Positions 45,623-55,308 of a stretch of 58,395 bases of DNA are shown one piece after another (positions within the stretch are counted from its first letter, which is position 1; every line of letters starts with the position of its first letter). A program made the translations under genes and the position numbers. The notes below the pieces were generated by a model. The model ran no database searches. It saw only the letters and a list, made by a program, of their open reading frames with translations, and was not told where the DNA came from. The stretch spans positions 1 through 58,395 of IMG/VR virus record IMGVR_UViG_3300033141_005199, one strand, 5' to 3'. This DNA comes from a virus. Lineage: Duplodnaviria; Caudoviricetes.

Positions 45623-47929
45623 ATGGTGACTGGTACTCCTCACTATATTGGGATACGGGTTGACCCGGGTGGCGACGACTACATTGTGCCGAGTATATTG
45701 AGTGGCGCAGTGGTGGAGCGTAAGGTTAACGGCTCCAGTATATTTAAGTTCAGCGTGTTCAGCGCGGATGGTGGCGATGTAAGTCGCTTTGAGATGGATG
45801 ATAAGGTTGACGTCCATGAGGGGGTTGAGCCGCTTTACCAGTATGGTAGCCTAAGCGCACTAGAGTTAGATGGAGTCGACGACTATGTTCTGATAACGGG
45901 TGAGGATGGGATTCTGCCTGGCTCTGGGAGCTGGACGTTCACATGCCGAGTTAAGGCTACGCCTGTGTCCGGCACCTATTATGATAGGCTGCTGGATATA
46001 CGTGACGTAAACGGCGTATCCGGTAGATTCATATATGTTGGCAGAGACCCTAATGCCTCAGATGCATTTAGGTTCAGGTTTGATGATGGAACTAATAGCG
46101 TTGAGGAGACGTTCAGCGATGTTAAGCCGTTCGACGGGGAGTGGCATCACATTGCAGTAGTGCTTGACCGCTCAACCAATAAGGTTTACTGCTACTTGGA
46201 CGCTGTGAAGAGTAGCTACGAGTATGATGTGTCCAGCGTCGGAGCTATGAACACTGCTTCATCCGCTAGACTTGGATCCGCGCCTAGCTCAGACTGGCTT
46301 GACGGCATGCTTAACGACGTCGCAGTATTCAAGTCAGCGTTATCACAGACAGACATACAGAGCCTCATAGATGACTATCATGGTAACGTGTCTTCGGCTG
46401 AGATGTACCTCAGCATGGATGACGGCTACGGATCAACGGCTACGGATGAGTCTGGTAATGGGCATACAGGTACAATCTACAGCGGTGCCTCTACGAGTGA
46501 CGACCTCTGGGTTAACCCTAAGACTATGACGGGTATGATTAAGGAGATAGACGTGGAGCGAGTCACGCCGAGCGGAGCCATAATAACTGTTAGCGGGGAA
46601 GACTACCTCACAGTCCTAGGTGAACGACTCGCCAGAGCCAACTTCCCTGGAAGCCACGACGTCTCAGAGATACTGATAAAGCTGCTGGATGAATACGCGT
46701 CAGGGGAGTATGGGACAACCAAGATAACCAGCACAGGTGTAACGGTGGCGAATTTCATAAGCGGCGCTGAGACGACGATACTCGCCCTGCTGAGGCGCCT
46801 AGCAGACCTCCCAGGCACAAGCTACGACTTCTACATAGACGGCAACAACAACCTTATATGGCACCAGAGGGGAGACGCGTCGTGGGACAGCGGAGTCACC
46901 CTCAACGAAGACAATATTAGGCGGCTTAAGGTTAACCGTAGCACACGTGACAAGAAGACGTTTATCAAGATAACTGGGGCGTTGAAGCCCATCGAGGAGG
47001 GTATAAACAGGCAGAGCACCGTCACAGACTACGTTAGCCTAAGCGACAAATACTACGCCGACGACTTCATAGCGCAGCACGACAACTTGATGGCGGTTGA
47101 ACTCTACCTACAGAAGGTTGGAAGCCCTGGGGGAGACTTAGGGGGAAGAATATCAGCGGCTAAATACGATGGGCCGAGCGGGGACTTCACTGAGTTCACT
47201 ATACGGGAGGAGGATGTAAGCTCGACGGCTGGGTGGCACCGCATAGCTACACCCATGAAGCTGCAGGTAGGCACAAGGTACTTTGTGAGGCTCCACAAGG
47301 CTGGGGGCGACTCCAGCAACACTTATAGGTGGTACGGTGACGCGCCCGCGTCACTAGACCTTGAGCGTCTTGCCCGTGAGAGCAGTGATGGAACGCTGTG
47401 GACGAGCCTCGACATGGATCTCAGCATGAAGGTGTACTACGGCGTAGAAGCCGAGGTCACGGCGAGTGACAGCGATGGGACTCCTAGACGGGACGCAGTT
47501 GTCCCAATACCTGGAAGCGGGATAGATGAGGATCAGGCGGAGCTGCTGGCTCAGCGGGTATTGGCGAACTACCTGCAGACAGCGTACCGCGCCGACGTGG
47601 TGATGGATTGCCCAAGCTGCGAGCTTCGCCCAGGGGACTTAATTACTCTCGACGAGTCTGGTGACGGTTTGCCGAGTAAGACGTATAGGATTGAGAGTGT
47701 CCGCGCCGAGTATGGTCCGCTGAGGAAGTGTGAGGTGTATGAGGTGTCTATTAGTGCGACGCTTCCGTATTTCACGCTTCGGGAGGAGGATAACGTGTTG
47801 AGGGAGGCGTTGCTTACGGGGAGTACGGCTCAGACTAAGAGTGGTGAGGAGGACGCTATTACGACTGCTAAGATTGGGTTCGCTGTGGTTGGGCGTAGCT
47901 ACGCTGGGGTGTACCCTGATGAGGAGTGA
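45623..47929 (+). CDS. Tail tip/hub protein with inserted LamG (concanavalin-like) domain
   Basis: LELDGVDDYV, DGEWHHIAVV, YCYLDA, DVAVFKSALS inside a hub-like sequence. Confidence 0.75.
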   Translation: MVTGTPHYIGIRVDPGGDDYIVPSILSGAVVERKVNGSSIFKFSVFSADGGDVSRFEMDDKVDVHEGVEPLYQYGSLSALELDGVDDYVLITGEDGILPGSGSWTFTCRVKATPVSGTYYDRLLDIRDVNGVSGRFIYVGRDPNASDAFRFRFDDGTNSVEETFSDVKPFDGEWHHIAVVLDRSTNKVYCYLDAVKSSYEYDVSSVGAMNTASSARLGSAPSSDWLDGMLNDVAVFKSALSQTDIQSLIDDYHGNVSSAEMYLSMDDGYGSTATDESGNGHTGTIYSGASTSDDLWVNPKTMTGMIKEIDVERVTPSGAIITVSGEDYLTVLGERLARANFPGSHDVSEILIKLLDEYASGEYGTTKITSTGVTVANFISGAETTILALLRRLADLPGTSYDFYIDGNNNLIWHQRGDASWDSGVTLNEDNIRRLKVNRSTRDKKTFIKITGALKPIEEGINRQSTVTDYVSLSDKYYADDFIAQHDNLMAVELYLQKVGSPGGDLGGRISAAKYDGPSGDFTEFTIREEDVSSTAGWHRIATPMKLQVGTRYFVRLHKAGGDSSNTYRWYGDAPASLDLERLARESSDGTLWTSLDMDLSMKVYYGVEAEVTASDSDGTPRRDAVVPIPGSGIDEDQAELLAQRVLANYLQTAYRADVVMDCPSCELRPGDLITLDESGDGLPSKTYRIESVRAEYGPLRKCEVYEVSISATLPYFTLREEDNVLREALLTGSTAQTKSGEEDAITTAKIGFAVVGRSYAGVYPDEE

Positions 47930-47992
47930 TGAAAATGGATACATATAAACGTGTAGGGTTGAATAATATGATGGATGGTGGTGAGGTAGGGT

Positions 47993-48862
47993 TTGAGTGA
48001 GTTTTCGCAGGGTGATAAGCTTTCACCGGCGGTGCTTAACCAGAAGACTGTGTATGTTGGGAGCGGTGAGCCTAGCACCAAGTATGATGGACAGATATGG
48101 GTGGATGTGTCAACGGATCCGCCTATAGTCAAAGTATACGATCTGTCGAACACGCAGTGGATGACGTATCATCCTACCTACTATGAGGAGCAGAGCGGGG
48201 CTTGGGCGGATCCAAGTGTTTCCCCAGTCACAGATGGAACATTGGTTGTGGTGTATAACAGCACTGAGGATGAAACAAGGCTCTACGGATACAGTAATGA
48301 TGCATGGGTTAACCTAGCTGAGCTAACCATATCCGTGATCCCAGTATTCGAGAAATACTATGAGGGAACCCTTGCAGCAGGTGCAACATATACTCCAGCA
48401 GATGAGGGACTATACTCTATGTCCAGCAACGACAGCGGGTATATGCGTTTCGAGATATACGGTGACACTAAATGGATAATGGGTGCAGAGTCCGGTGAAA
48501 CATTTGTCTTTTTCGGAGACGGGACACATCTCAGGGTAAAGAACTATGCTGGTGACTCCCACCCCATTGTATTGATGAGAGCCAAGGTTCAACACATGGA
48601 TCCATCATATACGTGGAGCGGGGGGAGTTTAGCGGCATCATCTACACTGGTGTTAACCTCTCCTGGGGTGTATAGTATTGCACCGGAGGAGGATGCATTT
48701 GAGTTCCAAGGAGAATATTATCATAGTACTGATGGGTGGCTGAAGTTCTCAGATAGCTCCAACAACCACGTCTACACTATGATTTCAGATGGGTCAAACG
48801 CAAGACTTAGAAACAGGAACTCGTCTACAGCATATGAATATGGAATAGTGAGGTGGTCGTAG
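47993..48862 (+). CDS. Putative tail fiber/receptor-binding protein
   Basis: PSTKYDGQIWVD N-terminus; duplicated C-terminal beta module. Confidence 0.6.
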   Translation: MSEFSQGDKLSPAVLNQKTVYVGSGEPSTKYDGQIWVDVSTDPPIVKVYDLSNTQWMTYHPTYYEEQSGAWADPSVSPVTDGTLVVVYNSTEDETRLYGYSNDAWVNLAELTISVIPVFEKYYEGTLAAGATYTPADEGLYSMSSNDSGYMRFEIYGDTKWIMGAESGETFVFFGDGTHLRVKNYAGDSHPIVLMRAKVQHMDPSYTWSGGSLAASSTLVLTSPGVYSIAPEEDAFEFQGEYYHSTDGWLKFSDSSNNHVYTMISDGSNARLRNRNSSTAYEYGIVRWS

Positions 48863-49110
48863 TGAACATAGATAAGGTTTTAGAGAAATATGTGATAGAT
48901 GTAAATAGATCGGAGTTTAAGGGCTTCCCTGAGACGGTGAATGGAGACGTGTTCCTAGAATGGGTTAAAATAGGGAACGCTACCGGCGTAATAACTGTGC
49001 CCGTTGAAGCCCTTAAAAACATACTGGAGAACGCGTCTGAGGAAACCCTAGTTAACTCAGGGTATAAGAAATACGTTGACAGGTGGAGGGATGAGGGATT
49101 AGTTGAGTGA
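48853..49110 (+). CDS. Small hypothetical protein (possible fiber chaperone)
   Basis: Coupled to the fiber gene. Confidence 0.5.
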   Translation: MVVVNIDKVLEKYVIDVNRSEFKGFPETVNGDVFLEWVKIGNATGVITVPVEALKNILENASEETLVNSGYKKYVDRWRDEGLVE

Positions 49111-49465
49111 AAACCTAGATCACACTACAGGCGGAACCTTTGAAGACGGTGACTTGATAGATGAGCAAAGCGCCAACACGAAGTTCATAATAATACAGTC
49201 ATCTACGCCGTCACCTAGCTACGATGGGACAATATTCATAGACTTAGATGATGACACGCCGATAATCAGAGCTAGAGATGATACGAATAGTGACTGGCTT
49301 ACAATACGTTCACGGAAATATGTAACTGGTTCCACATGGATAGAAGACCCAGATACTGGGGGCAAGGTGGATGCACACAGCGTCTTGAAATACAATACTG
49401 TAGACTTTAATACCCGTTTATATTTCCTCGCTAATGATGAGTGGTGGATGGTTGGAACAGGATGA
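49103..49465 (+). CDS. Tail protein, paralog of the 47993 N-terminal domain
   Basis: PSPSYDGTIFIDLDDDTPIIR vs PSTKYDGQIWVDVSTDPPIVK. Confidence 0.6.
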   Translation: MSENLDHTTGGTFEDGDLIDEQSANTKFIIIQSSTPSPSYDGTIFIDLDDDTPIIRARDDTNSDWLTIRSRKYVTGSTWIEDPDTGGKVDAHSVLKYNTVDFNTRLYFLANDEWWMVGTG

Positions 49466-50145
49466 GTCAGCCAACTACTACTGACATGCAGGTGCGTAGC
49501 ATCAAGGTTGATAACTGGGCTAAGCTGAAGGATGATAAGAAACAATACTATAGGGATGACAGCATATACATATATAGCCCGTCGGACGGGGTTCTCGACA
49601 TCGTGTCCGACGTTGAGCTACGGCTGAACGGCTCCTCAACCTACACGAAGGTAATTCACATACCAAGCCTCGAGCTGTCACGCCCCAACACTAACCCGCC
49701 TGCAATCGTCCAGCAGGATAACATTATGCTGATGGCGTTCAGCGTTGACACAGATGTCCTCTACTACACGTGGCTTAAGCCAACCGACTACGCTGGGGGC
49801 GACGTCAATATAGCGTTCGGGTGGACGAATGACGGTGGAACAGATGACAACGGGCTAAACGTTAAAGCTAGGCTAGACTACCAGACATTCGCGTTAGGCG
49901 ACCCCTTGGATGGGAGCCATGCGTCTAGCCCACAGTACGTTGAGGACACGTATACCAGTGACACTGGGTGGATTCTCCACAAGACAGGTGACATAACCAT
50001 AGGGGAATCCGCGTTAACAGGTAAGAATGGGCTGAGCTTCAAGATCAGCTTCGTGACCCCAAGCGGCTCAGCTCTCACATGCGACCCCCACCTAGCGTTC
50101 TTCCACATAGAGTACACAGCGTATAAGCTGGGGGATGAGTGGTGA
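49441..50145 (+). CDS. Putative fiber/adhesin protein
   Basis: YRDDSIYIYSPSDGVLDI similar to a segment of 38946; beta-sandwich-like C-terminus. Confidence 0.55.
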   Translation: MVDGWNRMSQPTTTDMQVRSIKVDNWAKLKDDKKQYYRDDSIYIYSPSDGVLDIVSDVELRLNGSSTYTKVIHIPSLELSRPNTNPPAIVQQDNIMLMAFSVDTDVLYYTWLKPTDYAGGDVNIAFGWTNDGGTDDNGLNVKARLDYQTFALGDPLDGSHASSPQYVEDTYTSDTGWILHKTGDITIGESALTGKNGLSFKISFVTPSGSALTCDPHLAFFHIEYTAYKLGDEW

Positions 50146-50163
50146 CATGGGAGGTGAAACGGT

Positions 50164-50436
50164 TTGGGTAAAAGACTGCTGACAGGCGAGGAGACACGTA
50201 TGATACAGCACAAGTATCTGCCAGCCATAAACAAGGAGTACAGGGACGTCGTCAGGTTATTCGCGTTGGTAGCTGAGAGGCAGGCGCTCATAGACGGCGA
50301 GGAATTATACTTATCGGCGGAGGATCAACGTGTCCTACTGAGGAGGATAAAGAAGAATCTTAGGGAGCTTGAAGCATCTGTTAGGGAACTTATGAAATAC
50401 TTTAACGATGTGGCTAAGCGGGTGTCAGTTGACTAG
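50164..50436 (+). CDS. Hypothetical protein
   Basis: GGAGGTGA RBS. Confidence 0.6.
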   Translation: MGKRLLTGEETRMIQHKYLPAINKEYRDVVRLFALVAERQALIDGEELYLSAEDQRVLLRRIKKNLRELEASVRELMKYFNDVAKRVSVD

Positions 50437-50441
50437 AATGC

Positions 50442-50702
50442 TTAGCCACCGTTAGGCACCCTGCTTCTACCGCGATCCTCCTCTATGATGCTGTCTATCT
50501 GCGCCCTATGATACCGTATGCGTTCAACAGCTTCATCAACCCTATCCTCCGGCACTAAGTCGGCTAAGGCTCCGACAACCCTATCCGCAAGCCTCTTATG
50601 ATACTCTGTGGGTACACCCGCTATGGCGGACTCCCAGACATAGTATAGCTTCACTTCACCCATGTTCCTCACCACGACTCGTAGAGTAGACATGCATCGC
50701 AC
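50442..50702 (-). CDS. Hypothetical protein
   Basis: Operon context. Confidence 0.55.
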   Translation of the reverse strand: MRCMSTLRVVVRNMGEVKLYYVWESAIAGVPTEYHKRLADRVVGALADLVPEDRVDEAVERIRYHRAQIDSIIEEDRGRSRVPNGG

Positions 50703-50902
50703 ACAGCGTCACCGTTCTGCATGCCTCCTGCGAGCCACTTAACCACATGTCCACCTGTGAAGCACCCCTGATTCTCATCATATCGTTCCTCTATTAACCT
50801 AACTATGTTGTTTACGCCGCAACGCGTACACTTCTCAGCAACTATTTTACGTTGCACGTTTTCACCGAAGTCCCCGTCAACAATATACATATTCATCTTC
50901 AA
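50669..50902 (-). CDS. Small Zn-binding protein
   Basis: CTRCG...VCDAC; promoter near 50940. Confidence 0.6.
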   Translation of the reverse strand: MKMNMYIVDGDFGENVQRKIVAEKCTRCGVNNIVRLIEERYDENQGCFTGGHVVKWLAGGMQNGDAVCDACLLYESW

Positions 50903-50952
50903 TCACCATTTGCATATAATAGTGGTGTGAATACGGTATTTAAGCCTTGTGG

Positions 50953-51204
50953 TCAAGCTAGGAGCTCCCTCAGCCCGATGAACGCGTCGTAGAATGGCTT
51001 AAGGTCGCGGTCAGTTAGCTCGCCCAGTGACTTAAAATATGTTAGCTCCTCCGCTGACATGGATATTCCCTTCTCCTCGTCGTAGCGGTAGCGTCTAAGC
51101 CCGTCGCAGTCCAAGACTACGAGCAGTTGTCCACCGCCGTGCTTAACTATGGTGTACGGTGTCCTATGGGAGACGAGTCTATGGAGCGATTCAGCGTTAA
51201 CCAT
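50953..51204 (-). CDS. Hypothetical protein
   Basis: Downstream of the phosphoesterase. Confidence 0.6.
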   Translation of the reverse strand: MVNAESLHRLVSHRTPYTIVKHGGGQLLVVLDCDGLRRYRYDEEKGISMSAEELTYFKSLGELTDRDLKPFYDAFIGLRELLA

Positions 51205-51215
51205 GACGCCAAATC

Positions 51216-52040
51216 CTAGTATATTTGCTGGAGAACCACGTCAAGCATGTCACGCTCCCCCTTAAACGGCGTAACGGTGAGCTTCACACCGCCAATGGTT
51301 ACAGGTGGGAGCATAGACTTACTGATATACGTGCTACGGTCTGGAAGATACCCCTTCTGGTAGCCCCCCGTCATAACTATAAACTGGTTCCTAGACCTCA
51401 CATCCATAGTGGACTCATCTGGCTCAAGCCACTGCTCGTTAACTATCCCAAGGCGATGCGTATGACCCACAGCTATGATGTCAGCCGTCTTATAGGTTTC
51501 AATCGGCCTCGCACTCATATTCACTGCTCCGCCACGCGTCCTCCCCCCGCCTCTGCCATGCCACAGCACGACGTCTATGTTACGCTTCCCCCCGCCGTCA
51601 CGTCTCGCAACCTTGAACCGCACGATGCTCTCATAGTCCCCGTAGTTGAGTCCAAGCTCCGCGCACATCCAGTTAACGAAGTCTATGTTCTCCTCCTTCC
51701 ACCAGTCCTCATCATGGTTACCTGTCAGCACGCAGACATTAGTATCCCTCAGCGGTCGGATCCAGTCACGTATCTCACTGTACACTTTAAGCGGGTCGGG
51801 AAGCCTGTTGCTTGGGAGACGCCTCCTGTCACCTGACGGATACACTGTCGCGTAGTCACCCATGAGGGCGTTGAATGTTTTACGCCCCCGCTCCTTGTTC
51901 TCAACAACGGCGTCACGCCACCTGTGGAAGGCTTCCACGTCGCAACCTGGGTGAGTGTAGTGTATGTCCCCCGCTAGGAATAGGTCGAAGCTCTCCCTAT
52001 GTGTGTCCAGTGTCACCGGTATGATTATTAGACGCGTCAA
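51216..52040 (-). CDS. Calcineurin-like metallophosphoesterase
   Basis: GDIH, MGD, GNHD, WHG, GHTH. Confidence 0.88.
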   Translation of the reverse strand: MTRLIIIPVTLDTHRESFDLFLAGDIHYTHPGCDVEAFHRWRDAVVENKERGRKTFNALMGDYATVYPSGDRRRLPSNRLPDPLKVYSEIRDWIRPLRDTNVCVLTGNHDEDWWKEENIDFVNWMCAELGLNYGDYESIVRFKVARRDGGGKRNIDVVLWHGRGGGRTRGGAVNMSARPIETYKTADIIAVGHTHRLGIVNEQWLEPDESTMDVRSRNQFIVMTGGYQKGYLPDRSTYISKSMLPPVTIGGVKLTVTPFKGERDMLDVVLQQIY

Positions 52041-52151
52041 CTATACGTGATTCTCCTCATGTTTTTTTCTCTCCACACGTTGTATCCGCGTAGAATGTTC
52101 AGCATGTTTATTATTCACCGTCCGCTGTTTTTAAACGTATCTCATCTTTTT

Positions 52152-52361
52152 CTACTTGACCCCCAGTATTTTAAGTGCTTCACTGCTTACATGGAGGTTT
52201 CTATTAGTGGTTCCGACTAGTAACCCATACTTCCTGTTGCATCTGCTCTCATACGTGGTGAATACGTCTAGGCTCCTAGCCCCCTCAAAATGCATTTTGA
52301 GCAACTGCTCCCTATAATACTCAACTCGGTTCCTGAAGCTAACCTCATCAAACCTGCTCAT
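52152..52361 (-). CDS. Hypothetical protein
   Basis: Coupled to radA. Confidence 0.55.
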   Translation of the reverse strand: MSRFDEVSFRNRVEYYREQLLKMHFEGARSLDVFTTYESRCNRKYGLLVGTTNRNLHVSSEALKILGVK

Positions 52362-53310
52362 CTACTACACCTGCCTCCGTTATCAGGAACCTGCACGCCT
52401 CCTCCGGCAGATAACTGCTGTCAAGAATCTTAGCAACCCTACTGTTCCCCTTAGCGAGACGTAGCACAACCCGTATCGTCGACGCATGCCCCACAATGTG
52501 TCCACCAGTAGGCTTATCGGGGTTCGTGAACATCGCGTCTGGGCGAGCCTGCATCTGATTCGTTATGACGACTGCAACGTTATACGCTCTAGCGACTCTG
52601 AGCAACTTACCTAGCAACCCAGCTATTAAGCCCTGCCTCTCAGCGAGGTTCCCCCTCCCACGGTACTCGTTGCGGAACTGCGCTATCAGGCTATCAACTA
52701 TCACGAGCTTCACGTTGTGCTCAGGTATGAACTCGTTAAGCTTGTTAACCAGCGCCAGCATATGTGCGCTTGTAGCGGGCTTAGCCGCATGTATCCTGCG
52801 TAGAACCTCGTCGCCGTCGTATCCACGTGTCTCAGCTATCTGCTTAATCCTCCTAGGCACAAACGTGTTCTCAGTGTCAATATACACCACGTCGCCACCC
52901 CACCCACCCTCCTCAACTGGACGCGTACACATGACGGCAAGCGTCTTACATATCTGCGTCTTCCCACCCTTAAACGCTGCCACGAACTCAGTTATGATGC
53001 CAGGCGTTATGCCTCCACCCAGTATCCCGTCAAGCGCGTTGCACCCTGTGTGCAGAAGCTTCTCATGTTCAAGCTTCACGTATAGCTCCTCGGCGGTGAT
53101 GAACCCTGCGTCAAGCACGTCACGTGCAGCCGCTATGGCTTTCTCAGCTGTGTCAACCCCAGCTATCGCAGTGTTCTCAACTATCTCCTTCGGCGTCGCG
53201 TACGCCACGCTGTTGACTGTGAGGTAGCCTCCTGCAAGCAACTTCTTTATTGTCTGGGTTGATGTGCCGTGAAGTATGCCTGGCTCAAGCGGTATGGTGT
53301 CTTCGCTCAC
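52348..53310 (-). CDS. radA: RadA/Rad51-family recombinase
   Basis: N-terminal HhH, GFITA, LDGILGGG, GGKTQ, YIDTENTF, VDSL, AERQ, TNQ, GGHIVGHAST. Confidence 0.95.
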   Translation of the reverse strand: MSEDTIPLEPGILHGTSTQTIKKLLAGGYLTVNSVAYATPKEIVENTAIAGVDTAEKAIAAARDVLDAGFITAEELYVKLEHEKLLHTGCNALDGILGGGITPGIITEFVAAFKGGKTQICKTLAVMCTRPVEEGGWGGDVVYIDTENTFVPRRIKQIAETRGYDGDEVLRRIHAAKPATSAHMLALVNKLNEFIPEHNVKLVIVDSLIAQFRNEYRGRGNLAERQGLIAGLLGKLLRVARAYNVAVVITNQMQARPDAMFTNPDKPTGGHIVGHASTIRVVLRLAKGNSRVAKILDSSYLPEEACRFLITEAGVVDEQV

Positions 53311-53549
53311 CGCTTCCCCCTCCTCCCTTTAGGCTTCCTAGCTGTGTTCCCAGGTTTGCTGTTTCCACGTTGCTCATTCCAGAGCTTCAGTATTCTCTTA
53401 TTCAGGTATGCTCCGCAGCTTGTGCAGAAGTCGTCTACTATGAGTGGTGCCCCGCAGACTGGGCATATTCTGGTTGCCCTCTTAGCCATGTTTACCCACC
53501 GTCCACCAGTTCTGTTACTTCGCTGGTCAGCGTTACTCTCCCGAAACAT
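53307..53549 (-). CDS. Small Zn-ribbon protein with basic tail
   Basis: CPVCG...FCTSCG. Confidence 0.6.
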   Translation of the reverse strand: MFRESNADQRSNRTGGRWVNMAKRATRICPVCGAPLIVDDFCTSCGAYLNKRILKLWNEQRGNSKPGNTARKPKGRRGKR

Positions 53550-53823
53550 GTGAACGTGGTTGTGTCAAACCAGTATAGTTCGCATAGTTCACATGTTGAC
53601 GCATCTGCGTTAGAAACATTCATCTATATCCTCACATAGTTCAGGTATTAAACATATTTAAGGCTTCCGATTAGTCTATGCTAGTTTAATACGTTGTTTT
53701 AGGGCTTCCCCTCATATGACGGCGATATATATGTGTTTCGCTGAACAGTTACTTATAAATATGTGTTCAGTGGATTGAACACTCATATATATAAGGGATG
53801 TTTAGTTATGTGGAAAAGTGTTC

Positions 53824-53880
53824 GCGTAGGTTAGGGGAGAAGGCTCCGCATCCCTACGCTGGTGCCAGCACCATACACAC
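53824..53880 (-). ncRNA. Candidate structured small RNA
   Basis: Minus-strand TTTATAAG at 53902-53909; TGGTGC/GCACCA, then GCGTAGG/CCTACGC enclosing GGAG/CTCC. Confidence 0.35.
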
Positions 53881-53957
53881 AGTTATACAGTGATGAAGTA
53901 GCTTATAAACGTTACCATTTAATTCACCGCAGATAACCCTGTTAACGGGAAGACTCA

Positions 53958-55244
53958 TCACATCACCTCTTTTATCCTCCTTCCAATGAACTCTATCACT
54001 GGGACGCTGACGGCGTTCCCAAGCATCTTATAACGTTGCTTATCACTTATCCGGACAGCATCATACACAGGGTCAATCTCCTCCTCGCCAACCTTGATGC
54101 ATCTCTGGTCGGGTTCCCCCTCCTCATTCACTATCCATTCCCACCCATAGATTGGTTTAGTGGATACAACTCCACCAGGCTTATAGCCGAACTCAGTCCA
54201 ATTATCTGGGAATCCCTGTAACCGTTCGCATTCAAGTGGGGTGAGTCTCCTAATCCGCCTGGCAACGTATATTAGCCCCGTCTTAGCACCAAGTCCGCCA
54301 GCGTTACCCGCTAACGTTGGCCCAACTCCGCTTGGGTCATACACTCTGTATCCTCGGCTGTTTCTCCCTGTTCCAAACAGTGGCTTCAACTCAAGAACAC
54401 TGTGAACATCCTGACCAGTCAGCGTGAACATTGGGTCACCAGGCTCCTTGAAGCGCCTTCCGCTCTGCCTCTTCTTAGCCCTGTTAGGCGTTAACACTGG
54501 AACAGCCAGTTTATCCTCTACGTCACCCATGTACGCTATGAGGGTTCTGGCGTTATGGTTATCCGGCCCCTTCCAGTAGTTCGCATCCAGCGCAGTCGCT
54601 ATATATGAGCCCCGCATGTTTAGCTTTCCATATCCGACTGTGACTGCACATGCAGTTTGTTCGTTCTGTGCTTCTCGTACTCCCGTAGCAGGGTCTTCAC
54701 CTGTCGCTCTGATAGGAAATACCGTTCGCTTGGGTTCTCCTCCAAGATGTCCGATAATGAAGACGCGTTCACGGCGCTGGGGGACACCGAACCACTTAGA
54801 GTTGAGAATCTGCCACTCGCAGTGATAGCCGATACGCCCCAGCTCCTCCAGGATAACTCTGAAGGTATGCCCGTCATCGTGGCTGAGGAGCCCCTTGACG
54901 TTCTCCAGGAATAATATACGGGGTCTTTTAGCCCTCGCAATGCGGGTAACCTCGTAGAAAAGCGTTCCACGAGGATCTTCAAACCCCCGCCTCTTTCCGG
55001 CAACCGAGAATGCTTGGCAAGGGAACCCAGCACAGAGAACGTCGTGATCGGGGATACTACTGGCTTCGACTTGCCTAACGTCGCCTGCGTAATGGTTTTC
55101 CCCTCCGAAGTGCCTTGCGTAGACTTTTGACGCGTATTTATCCCAGTCACAGCTCCACACACACCTGTATCCTCCTGCTTTTTCAAGTCCTAGGCGAAAC
55201 CCCCCGATTCCGCTGAATACGTCGATGAATCTGATTTCATTCAA
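53958..55244 (-). CDS. dcm: DNA (cytosine-5) methyltransferase
   Basis: FSGIGG, GFPCQ, ENVKG, QRRER, RRLTPLECERLQGFP, MLGNAV. Confidence 0.95.
   Translation of the reverse strand: MNEIRFIDVFSGIGGFRLGLEKAGGYRCVWSCDWDKYASKVYARHFGGENHYAGDVRQVEASSIPDHDVLCAGFPCQAFSVAGKRRGFEDPRGTLFYEVTRIARAKRPRILFLENVKGLLSHDDGHTFRVILEELGRIGYHCEWQILNSKWFGVPQRRERVFIIGHLGGEPKRTVFPIRATGEDPATGVREAQNEQTACAVTVGYGKLNMRGSYIATALDANYWKGPDNHNARTLIAYMGDVEDKLAVPVLTPNRAKKRQSGRRFKEPGDPMFTLTGQDVHSVLELKPLFGTGRNSRGYRVYDPSGVGPTLAGNAGGLGAKTGLIYVARRIRRLTPLECERLQGFPDNWTEFGYKPGGVVSTKPIYGWEWIVNEEGEPDQRCIKVGEEEIDPVYDAVRISDKQRYKMLGNAVSVPVIEFIGRRIKEVM
54620..54877 (-). CDS. Nested out-of-frame ORF inside the C5 methyltransferase
   Basis: SWRSWG...SSLSDILEENPSERYFLS; the frame is open from 55186. 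Confidence 0.45.
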   Translation of the reverse strand: MTGIPSELSWRSWGVSAITASGRFSTLSGSVSPSAVNASSLSDILEENPSERYFLSERQVKTLLREYEKHRTNKLHVQSQSDMES

Positions 55245-55308
55245 GTCACATTAACCCATGTTTCCCAAATATTTAAGGCTTTCCATTAATATTCTTTTGT
55301 TCCAGCAT

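Noticed and set aside
47993-50145. Diversity-generating retroelement acting on fibers
   Set aside because: No reverse transcriptase and no template/variable repeat pair differing at adenines
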